From Ylistrum balloti (taxonomy: Eukaryota): DNA of 64,000 nucleotides. Every line of letters begins with the position of its first letter. Position 1 is the stretch's first letter. The stretch spans positions 372,001 through 436,000 of the forward strand of contig NW_026782224.1 of the NCBI RefSeq assembly GCF_031769215.1. Direction: 5' to 3'. Below are positions 41,004 to 53,500 of this stretch, one piece after another. The notes below the pieces were generated by a model. That model made no database searches, was not told where the DNA came from, and saw only the letters and a program-made list of their open reading frames with translations. The position numbers and the translations under genes are program-made.

Positions 41004-44000
41004 TTATGGCTTTCCCTGTGCCACGCCCTTACTAATTAAGGGCCCTCCTTCGTGAAGATGAAGGGCCGGCCATACTATGTAGTCCAGTTGTTTTCCTTTT
41101 CTTGTATATGCCTTGTATCGTTCTTCGTCGAATATTGTCGAAGCCTCCGCTGTCATTTTGACCTTTGGGTCCTGAACGGCCATGAACCAGGAAATATGCA
41201 CGCATCTCTTCATATATGCCTCGGTCATCTGTCCTATTTTTGCTTTTGACCTTGTCTTTTTCGTGAAATCCTAATTTAGAAAAAAGAAGATATAGAAAAT
41301 TACAAAAGCTAAATGAGTTTTTACAAGATTCAATTAGTATGTATTAGTTCACCATGCAGTCCTTAACAAAGAGAAATGATGTAAATATACCCTGAATTCA
41401 TAGTAATGGTATTCAGGTATGGTAGACAGATATTCATAGTAATATCCTCAGAAGAAGTGAAACGACTTCTAGTGGTTTTAAATATTCCATATCTAATACA
41501 TCCCACTGATAGTAAGGACAACAACCTCTATCGCAAACGATGCAATTACATGCAATATCCCCCGTACCTCTTGTAAGTAGGTAACGGCGTACACAGCCAA
41601 ACTTTTTCGGTAGTCCTTGTTGATTTTCGCGACTTCTTTCGGCATCTTCTGAAATAATAAAAAATGTTAAATGTACATTTACTAAATCAGATAAAGAGGT
41701 AAAATGTAAAATAAGGTTTAAACTTCGATATTTATCATTTCAGGTCTGGTAAAATGTAAGCCCTGCTATAATGGGAACGCATATGAGAGTTAAAACTACA
41801 CCAGTAATATCTGGTTATCAAAAGATTGAAACCACACAGGTAATATTTGTATATCAAAACATTAAAACCTCACAGGAAATACTTGTATATCAAAAGATAT
41901 AAAAATACTGATAAAACACAGGGAATATTTCTATATTAGAAGACTCATACAACACAGGAAATGGTTGTATATCAAAAGGCTGATGCAACACGGGAAATAA
42001 GGCTGATACAACCCGGGAAATAAGGCTAAAACAACACGGGAAATAAGGCTGATACAACACGGGAAATAAGGCTGATGCAACACGGGAAATAAGGCTGATA
42101 TAACACGGGAAATAAGGCTGATGCAACACAGGAAATAAGGCTGATACAACACGGGAAATATTTGTATCTCATTAATTTGACACAGCATAAGGAATGTTTG
42201 TGTGTTAAACACCAGAATAACGTTAATACTAGATGTAATATGTACAAACCACTGTCTCCGTTTGATTTTTGTCTTTACAGTTTGACTTTACCGCCAGAGA
42301 CATTGTCGCTTTATGTAATAAAAAGTAACACAAACTGTTTTCGTGTCATATGACATTTTATGACAGCAAGAAAATTCTTACCGTGAACATAACAATAATC
42401 CACACTCAAATTCAATACAACTAGGGCGAAGGTATAAATAAAATGAAAGATATAAACTGGGACAAGAAAAGTAAGACCAAGTGTTCCGGGCGAACGCCGT
42501 ATACAGGAACGGGGAAAATTATCAAGCAGCAAACACGTCAGCTCCATATCGCACAAAGAAATAGAATATTTCTCAATGAGATCACTATGACGACCAAATA
42601 TTATTCACCAACGCTCGTTTCATGAAATATCATGTGAAATGGAAATAAAAACAAATGTTTATATGTATATCTAAGACCACTGAAGCCTTTATTTATTTTT
42701 CAAATAACATTTGTCTTTTTATTCGATGAGAAATCCACTTTGGATTATTGTTGAAATGTCCTTGCACAGAAAAGAACGAATATTACAAGAATGGCGTCAC
42801 ATGTCAACATACATATCAACACATCCATACACACAAAACAATATCAATTCCCCACTTGAATACTTTCATAGTTCTGGTAAAAATCCGTTATATAACTCAC
42901 CTCAGAAGAACTTAGATCGCCAGAGAATTCTTTGAGGCTGCCATTTATCTTGTTCATAAACTTATCTGATCGTTCAACGCAAAACGTGTACGCATCCTGT
43001 AAAAGTATGAAGTAAGTTGATTCCTTCAGGAAAGTTATTCTATACTGCTTAAGTGGTACCATATTGTGAGTATATACGTTCATCTCTCTTTTAAATTCCA
43101 TGCGGGTTACAATAATAGGACGTATTAGGATGTTAATATATATGTACGGTCAAGAAAACAGCACAGCTTTAAACAGCCATTACGATTATCACAACGCGCC
43201 AGCAGTGCTAAACGTTATTGGTTATGGAGAAAACAATCTGTGATTTCACGTGAATTAATTTTCACCTATCATGCTGGGGTTTAACAGTAAAATAAAATCT
43301 TGGCCAACATTTATGAAGTTTCTGTTGGATAACCCAGTCATTTTGACTAAGTAGGCTTATCTAAGAGTAACTATATCAAATTATGCAAAAACTGCTGAAT
43401 TAATATTACTGACACAATACCGAGTATTAGCAACTGTACTACCAGTTTATCTATGTATGTATCATATCATTAATTATCCCAGATACTAACAAACACCATA
43501 CCGAGTGGTTAATATATCACGTGATATCTTGGAATTACGCCGCCGGGAAGTTACTGTGTCATGTGACACTTGTATGTCCACAGAATAACCAGAAATAGTA
43601 TCATTTGCACAAATCTTGTATGTGTTGTATCATGTGCTACACCATACCTATTAGTTGTTTTTACTGGACACTTACACACACAATAGTCAGCAGTTGTTGT
43701 ATGGTTGTTTTTTCGTCTGGTAATGTGTTCAGCAGCTCCTCCATGGCGTCTGTCCATTCATTGTCATATAATTCCGAAAACTTTTCGCCGAGACTCAAAG
43801 GACGGTTTGGGTCGCTTAGGTCAGCGATTGCAGGATTGTTGTCAGTTAACTGCGCTCCAGCTATTTTACTTAGCCTGATGAAATAGAATCATAGTCGTTT
43901 TATCTGCTACATTGTTACAAATGACAAACAGTCATCCGTACATTCTTCTACATTGAATCATTATCATCACACCATCGGCTAAGACACTTCGGCCAGATAA

Positions 44001-47000
44001 AGCTATTATAGCTAAATAAAAATGCTAGTTAAAATTCATTCGCATATCTAGAACGTAATAGAATATAAAATGTGCCGGGGAATGTCTCTTCTTTAAAACG
44101 TTTATTAGAAGGTATGAACGTTCAAATGATAGAACAACTTTCAAGACGATAGGATAAAACAGGGTAGAGCCAAACAAAATATCTAGCTGCAAACAGCTAT
44201 ATCGTCTTTGGAAGACGGTCTAGAATTGTATTCAAGGATGCTCACTTGAAAAGAACGTTAAGTACATGTCAAAAAACACACAAATGAATAGCATCTTTCC
44301 ATACAAATCTAGAATTATATCTGTACATAAAAGTAAAAAAAGGGTTTTGTATAACAGACCTGATACGCAGATCTTCTACTTCATTTTCGAGCTTCGAAAT
44401 AATTTCCGCTGGTGACAAATTTCCCATCTTTCTTTCTCTATTTACATTTTCTGGCCTGTAATCAAATATGACATGTATAAATTTGGCGATATGTAATTTG
44501 TCATCAAAATAATCGCAGAGAGAGTTCTATACGTCTGTAGGTGACTCCCTTAGTTTGAAAGCCTAATTAAAAGTCCATATCTTTGTCGTCGCCTTTTGAG
44601 AACCTTTTTGATCTAAATCAACGGATTTATTTACATGATTTTTGTTAATCATGACAAGTAAACGCTGATTGACGTCTCTCTATTGACAACCAATGAATCC
44701 CAAGAAATCAATCAGATCAGCTTATTTATTACCGGTCAATTTACTTACAGGTTCTAAAAAAAATTTATGTGGCGTATATACAAGCAAAGAGGATTTGAAT
44801 ATATTATAAACGTAGTGTTTGAAGACGTTTACTAAGTTCCTGGGTGAAAATACGAGTTACATTTTCTCGTTACATTAATCTGCTGGTCAAGGTACATAAT
44901 ACACCAAGTCGATGAAAAATATTGAAACATTGTTGATCCATATATTATATTAATTGTTGTTGTTTTTTTAGATGGCGACGTACATCTTAAAGAATGTGAG
45001 CTATTAATTCTATAAAAAACAGTAAACAGTAATATCAAGGTTCTGGTATCAGGAACTGCAATTTCATGTAATTTTAACTAGGTAATCTATTGAAAGGTTT
45101 ATGGAAATAACGTTATTCAATTTTACGTATTTTGTTTATAATCTACTAGTAACATACGTAATGCGATAAACTATAAAAGATAGATTAAAAGGATTCCATA
45201 CCTCTTTGCTTTGTTTCTTTGCAGCTCCTCTTCATTTTTTTGCTTCTCACTATGTAAATATATGATTCTTATATCAGAAGGTGGTGATATGTCAAATGTA
45301 AATTTCAGAGAGATATAGACTGAGACTGAATAATGCTTGCTACTATAATCAACCGTTACACGTGCGAATTAGTATAACACAGTTATAAAGAATGAATTAT
45401 CTTATTAATGATCTAAGTTGGTCTGACAAATATCTCCTACAGATTATCATCGATAAATATGTCAAATACCAATTAGTTGTTAGTAAAAATAAACGTTCCA
45501 TCGTTTAATGAAAATCGCAGTGAAAGCATACATTTAGAAATTGACTGAACATATTGTTATACTTCCAATTATGCCTTGATGCTATATATGTGCACAAACT
45601 CTATGTCGAATGTTTGAATATTCAAGACGTTCGCAAAACCTTCCCAAGTATAGCGCCGATTGGTAGACACATGACAGAATCTAGGGCGAGGCAGTAACAC
45701 TTAATAACGACGACAGAAAGAATTTAAATGGTGAGGAAAGATTATAGCTTATGACCGATGACGTTAGGAATGGTATCATATGAATAACTTGAAAATTCAC
45801 GTCATATTTATAAATTCTGAGTACAAGGGAATAAACGACGCTAAAATAGCAAGTAATGACATTTATATGACAATTAATAAAACTGAACAGGGCAATGAAC
45901 ACTTACTGATCAATGAAACACCAGGAAAATACCAACGTGGCAACATACCTATTATCCCAACTTAAAAAAGTAGGGCAAAGTATTAACAAAAGATTTATAC
46001 GGAGAACAAGGAGAATAAGACCAGGTGTTACGGAAAGGTAAGCGCCAGCTTCATATCGTACAAGGAAATAGAAAATTGCTCAATGAGATCACCAGAGTGA
46101 TCATAAAACTTTCTTTAACCTGCATCGTTTGATCAGATTAATGATAATTTTTGCGATAACAATGATACAACACTGAAGATGTCTTATTATGGTTACATTT
46201 ATAGTTCCTTAGAGTATGTACATTTGTATAGCAATGGGCTCTTCTCTTAATCGACTTTTGATATATTAACATTCCAACCTTATCCAACCTTATTTTAAGG
46301 ACATGTCGCAAAGCCGCTTTGAACAAACTTGAACACCTTCACTCCCTCCCACCATCCATCCCCACCCCAAACCCACCGACCACCCCGCATAAAGAAGTTG
46401 TTTTTATTGTAGCAAAATTAGATGAATAATCATACTGAAAATGTTTTCTTCTAATTTCATTAACTTACTTTTCGCATTTCAACGACGTATTTTCCTGTCG
46501 AAGTGCTTCTATTGTCTCTTCTTGTTTTTTTCTGTATACAACATTCCAAAAACATTACAAACATGAAAGCAAACAATCAAGCGTATGCGTTCTACAAATT
46601 GTCATTCATGAATTGCGTGGCATTATAATCATTTTTCAAACTCAAATTCCATAAAACGATGGTAGAATATGTACAAAAGAAAGATTTACACGGAGACTTA
46701 TGAAGAAGTACAAAGAGAATAAGATTTGGTGTTCCGGAAGAGTAAGCGTCTTCTGCTTGATTGACGACACCCGCGATTTAAACCTTGTTTAATCCGAGTA
46801 AGTGATGACATGTTTTCAAATGAGAACAAGGTATACAACAACGGAACCAACAGACAAATTGACGAGCATCAAGTACGTCCTGCTTTATAAAAATGCCCCA
46901 TAATTTTCATCTAACTGCAGCTTTAGATCGCTTGTGTTTCAAATTTGTCAATCAGATAACGACTTCTTGTACAAAAATCGTGACAATGCAAACTGGTCCT

Positions 47001-47477
47001 TGAATATCGAATCGACTGTGACATGTAATTACCATTTTTGGAGATGAAAGGTTATTGCTATCCAGAAATGGAAAATTCACAATACGGAGATTGAAATCAT
47101 TACGTTTATCATACAGATTGATAGAGCGCTGCCCATCTTGGTTCCATTGTAGGAAAGATCGAGATAAGCAGCTGATTTAGAAGAGTCTGTCGTATCTTTG
47201 ATTTCCAGTTCTGGCGGATATATACTTCTCTAATTATTTTATGACAATACGGTATCAATATATCTGAAGGTGAAGTTAAATGACTTTGAAAAGTGACCTG
47301 TTTTGATAAGTTCTTCAATAAATTCAGTCTCGTATGGAAACAAAAACTAGTCAGCCAACAGAGGGATGCAGGTGGTTCCCATATATATGCCAATAGTCTG
47401 TTGGAATATTTTACATACCACCAAACTCGGGGAAGATGTTGCCAACCAGAAACTCGATCATTTATATATGTATGTGT

Positions 47478-47509
<32 letters not shown>

Positions 47510-50500
47510 CGTTTTTGGTTTGGACGTATTTTTTACGAAATACTCTTCAGTTCACAACCATATATTTATATTGCCGTTCCCGAAAAAATCCTCATAACAA
47601 GAGACCGAAAGCGTTCCTTCATTTTGGAATGGAGTATGGTGGTGTAGAAGGTGGAAAAATCAAAAGTTCTTATAGTAGAAAGGTTATTAGAAGAGGTGTT
47701 GAAGATTGTTCAAAAGCTCTTTTCATTTCTTCACAATCCACATACTATTCATCCCACTTCCTGAGTAAACAGTATCACAATAAGAGAAAGGCTTAGTTGA
47801 ACCATTAGACAGGCCAGGTATAAAACGTTGTTTATATGAATTCTTGTGATGTTTAAGGATCCATTATCAACGGGGAAGGTCCGTATCGAAGACGATGCTT
47901 CTTCTTTTTTAATATATGAAAAATCTGGCATTTGAAAGACATGAAATACTTTACGAAATGGGAAGCGGAAATGATTAGTTGATCATAAAACTTATTCATC
48001 ATCGATTAACGCAAACAATTATAAAACATTCTAAGAAAGACAGATGAAGATATGTGTTTAGGTCAGATAAGATATAAAAAAAAAACTTTTACTAGGATTC
48101 CAGAAAATATCATAGTCATGTGATATATACACGCAGATCTGTTGCAATATAACTACACAAGCATGCACTATTACAGCTGAATTACTGTAACAACAATGAT
48201 TTAAAAATGATGTCATTTTAAAACTTCTTTTGTATGTCCATTTGTTTGCATTTTGAAAAAAATGAAGGATTTACAGTGTAAACATACATGTTTTCTATGA
48301 ATGAAAAAAGTTTTGTTTTCATATTTTCCCTCGTTATTGACCAATTAAATCACATTGTCTGCAAAGAAAACAACTTGTACTCGGGTTATGCCAGTTTGTT
48401 CGCGCGGGAAGTCTTTTTTATATAACCTTCACCTCGAAAATCTGAGTAAGAGTTTAGTCAGTTCGAAGGCTGACTAAACGAAAACATCCAGGTGTGAAAA
48501 TATTCATATTTGCAGTATTACTTTATATTCACAGATTCTATCTTCATGATTTAAAAGAAATTATATACACATATATCATAAAAAGGAAGCCGTCTTCCAT
48601 TATAGTAAAATTAGATGAATAATTTTACTGAAATACTTATTATCATTATCAGTTTAACTTACGTTTGGCGTATCATCGATGCATTTTCCTGTTGAAGTGC
48701 CTGTATTGCTTCTTCTTGTTTTTTTCTGTAAACAGTATATGGAAAACATGACATATACGAATTCAAACCTTTGTTTTCTTAATGTACATTTAACTATAAG
48801 GAGAAGCCCTCGTGAGTTGTAATACACTTGTGTCTAATCCTTTTGCTATTACATTTGACAATAAAATCTGTTTAAACTAAACTCTCAAACATTTAAGCTT
48901 TAGTTCTCTCACTACGCGTAGTACAGACGTTTGTGGAAGCTTCTATTGGAATTTATTATGATTTGAAAACTATCGTCATTTAAAAGACATGAAATACTTT
49001 CCGAAATGGGAAGCGGAAACGATTAGTTCATCATAAGATTTATATATCATCGATTAAAGCAAACAATTATGAAACATTCTGAGAAAGATAGATGAAGACA
49101 TGTATATGTATTAGATGAAATATCAAAAGCGTTTACTAGGATTCCAGAAAATATGATCATGTTGATATACACACACAGATCTGTTGCACAATAACTACAT
49201 AATAATGGCTTTATTACAACTGAATTTCTGTACAAACCATGATATAATAACAGTATCGTCTTGAAACTTCTTTTGTATATCAATTTATTGGCATTTTTGA
49301 AATCAAACTGAAGGATTTACATTGCTAACATACATATTTTCAATGAGTGAAAATAGCACTTTAAAAAAAAAAAAAAAAAATTTTCTCGTTGTTAACCAAT
49401 TAGATCATCTGTAAGAAATTGGCGTTTTTACTGCAAACAAATGAAAACGCCAGTTTCTTACAGAAAACAACTCATACTCGGGTTTGCCAGTTTGACCGAG
49501 AACAGCATATACCTTTATCATATATGATTTAAAAGATTTTATCCAAGTATTTATCATAAAAAAAGATCAAATTTCGTCGTAATTATTATGGAAAATAAAA
49601 CTTTTTTATCTACGGAAACCATGTCAAATTGTACATCGATATTTCATCCATTATAACTCAATGCACATCTATATGTTACAGAAACAACCATACTTATTCC
49701 CACTGAGGTTTCTTTCCATGTCCATTTGTTGTGTCTGATTTTGTAAGTTCTCTCTGGAAATGGGGAAAATAATTGTAAGTGTGATGTTAATAGTTAGGAA
49801 TACTTATCTAACACGTACATGTATATCTATATAAACAGTTTTTGGATTAAAATTGACATTAATCTTCAGTGTGCAAGTTCTTAAAGAAATAAAAAAAATC
49901 AGCTCATGAACATGCGAAATGAACAACTTTTCCAATTTCAAATGTTAATTTATGCATTATTTATGCGGTGTTGTCTTCAAATCACACGAACGCAACCAAC
50001 GTCAAACAGTGCAGTGTTCACCCCTGATTACTTTCGGTTTTTAGCAGAAAAATGTGATATTTATAAACACCTTGAATTTCCTGTTAACCCCTTCAAGAAT
50101 CTCCATTTTCCCCCTTTTTCCGACCTTACGTCGATTCAGTATTTGAAAATCACTTACATTTTGCGGGATATTTATTTTTGCGTTAATGCGCAAATTCAGA
50201 TCTCTCGCGATTACATGATATATTCAACGGAAGTAAACACGTTTGGAATAGAGTATGTCAAAAGTATGAATTTGCTTTGTTATGTTACATGTAAAAAGAG
50301 TGGTCGACGTGTATATTTTTAAAACATAATTATATCAAAATTGCCAGTACAAGCCCTAAAAACTGCTTTAGAGTATAATTGTGACAAAATATGAAACTAG
50401 GAAAAAGGAAGAGACTGATCAGTGAGAGTTATATGTTTTTAATTATCCCTAAATAACACATATACATATTTACGGACGGACGTCGCGGTATCCTTATAGT

Positions 50501-53500
50501 TGATTTGGTCATGAGAGCTGTAAAATGCTTTTAGTTGTTCGGATTTAAGTTATGTGTAGTCAATTATATTTCACAAATTAATCAAACGCTGTGGGCTAAA
50601 TCCCTGTATAGCTGCAACAGGTTCTTTAGAGGGACTCATTTTAGTTCTGATACTGCAAAAACATATGAGGCATAAGGTTTCAACACGCCTTAAGTCAAGC
50701 TTTGAGACTGCCAATTCCCTGACATACACCACATTTGTAAAACTAATAATGATAACAAACTAATTACATTTATTATGAGTACAAAAACAAGTATCGATCA
50801 TTACAAATACGAGGTTTTGAAACAGAAGCCTACCTGTCACGTGAGATGTCTGATATTTCCCTCTTCAGTGCTTTTACTGTGTCTTCTAGCATCTCTCTTG
50901 AAATGAATATGATTTACTGGATATTATATAAGTTTTTTATACAAATACTGGTGATTAGATCGTGATTATTAATGTTACCATGACATACGTGAATTGTTTA
51001 CTTAAAGCGACAAAAATTTGCACGGCGGGTGTCGTCGTTGACAAAGACGATAATAATAGTCCAAGCATAATTTTTGCGCTGCTTCATTTTACTTTAGCCG
51101 TAAGAAAGGTGTCATTTAATTTTGTAGATTTTATCATTCTTCTATCATTCTTAATCAAAGTACTGGTCGGGAACTTGTTGATATAACTTATTGTGTAAAT
51201 ATATCCTCTAGTAAAGATGATGATAAAGCATTAACATACCTGTTCTTCGTGAGTTCTGTATTTTCTCTCTGCAATTGCTCTACCTGTCCATGCACACTTC
51301 TGTGGAAATATCAAATCGATTTTACATTTGATTTGGACAGTGTGACTATCAAAATTAGCCATTCACTGGCGTTTTCCCTTTAAATGGCTGTACAAAAAAC
51401 ACACAAGTTATATATCCTCGGTATGATAACAAATTATATATCTCAAACATGTTCACATATACCCACGAAATGTCAACAAATTATATATTCCAAACATGCT
51501 CACAAATACCCATGAAATGTCAACAAATTATATATCCCCAACATGCTCACAAATACCCACGAAATGTCAACAAATTATATATCCCCAACATGCTCACAAA
51601 TACCCACGAAATGTCAACAAATTATATATCCCAAACATGCTCACAAATACCCACGAAATGTCAACAAATTATATATCCCCAACATGCTCACAAATACCCA
51701 CGAAATGTCAACAAATTATATATCCCCAGCATGCTCACAAATACCCACGAAATGTCAACAAATTATATATCCCCAGCATGCTCACAAATACCCACGAAAT
51801 GTCAACAAATTATATATCCCCAGCATGCTCACAAATACCCACGAAATGTCAAACAAGTTACTAATGTTAATGCATATATCCCGGGTATAACAGATCATCT
51901 CTTAAAACACTTGCGTACCTGTTTTTTGAGAGGTCCGACTTCTCCTTCTCCAGTCGTTTAACCTTATCTTCTAGGTCTTTTCTTGAAATTGATAAGACAT
52001 TTTTTACTGTAGTTTTTTAGTAGCAGGACAATTTATTTTCTGTCCCCAATTTCATGCAAAATCTATAAATATAATTTCGTAAAACAAGCACAATAATGTC
52101 GATTCCATTTGGTTCAAAATCCATTCTTAGTTTAGGTTTGCGAAAGTGAACAACAAAATAGCATCACTTGCTGACCAATCAGCTATATCACTTGTCTTTG
52201 AACATAACTATTTGAGACTTTCTTTCCTACTGAGTTTGCATTCTTTAGTAATTAATGTCACGTTCCCATTTTAGGATGTGACTTTACGTTTTTTGGATTT
52301 GCCAAAATTTACACAACGGATGTCGTCGATGAAGGTCAACACGCTTCACATTCCAGAACGCCTGATTTTAACATCTTTTTTCAGTGGCCAGTTTTGAGAT
52401 GTTGCTGTCGGCAACAAATGAAGACTACCCCATATCAATCGCTACACCAGTATTAAGGAAATGCTGAGAAAAGATCACTTATGCAAAAGCAGTTTCTTGT
52501 TTCTCACTTTCTGCTCCTAATATCATATGCAGCGCAAAAATTACTTCTAAAGAACCGCTACGCAAAAGCTTTCCGATACAAAAATCCCTGATTTATAATG
52601 ATGTAAAAACGACAAAAAATCATTTTAACAGAGCCTTGATTCAAACTCAAATTCGATCAACTATGAACAAAAGAAAGAAAAGTGTCAAGCATAATCTTTG
52701 CGCTGCATCATTTTACTTTAGCCGTAAGGAAGGTGTCATTTAATTTTGTAGATTTTATCATTCTTCTATCATTCTTAATCAAAGTACTGGTCGGGAACTT
52801 GTTGATATAACTTATTGTGTAAATATATCCTCTAGTAAAGATGATGATAAAGCATTAACATACCTGTTCTTCGTGAGTTCTGTATTTTCTCTCTGCAATT
52901 GCTCTACCTGTCCATGCACACTTCTGTGGAAATATCAAATCGATTTTACATTTGATTTGGACAGTGTGACTATCAAAATTAGCCATTCACTGGCGTTTTC
53001 CCTTTAAATGGCTGTACAAAAAACACACAAGTTATATATCCTCGGTATGATAACAAATTATATATCTCAAACATGTTCACATATACCCACGAAATGTCAA
53101 CAAATTATATATTCCAAACATGCTCACAAATACCCATGAAATGTCAACAAATTATATATCCCCAACATGCTCACAAATACCCACGAAATGTCAACAAATT
53201 ATATATCCCCAACATGCTCACAAATACCCACGAAATGTCAACAAATTATATAACCCCAACATGCTCACAAATACCCACGAAATGTCAACAAATTATATAT
53301 CCCCAACATGCTCACAAATACCCACGAAATGTCAACAAATTATATATCCCCAGCATGCTCACAAATACCCACGAAATGTCAACAAATTATATATCCCCAG
53401 CATGCTCACAAATACCCACGAAATGTCAACAAATTATATATCCCCAGCATGCTCACAAATACCCACGAAATGTCAAACAAGTTACTAATGTTAATGCATA

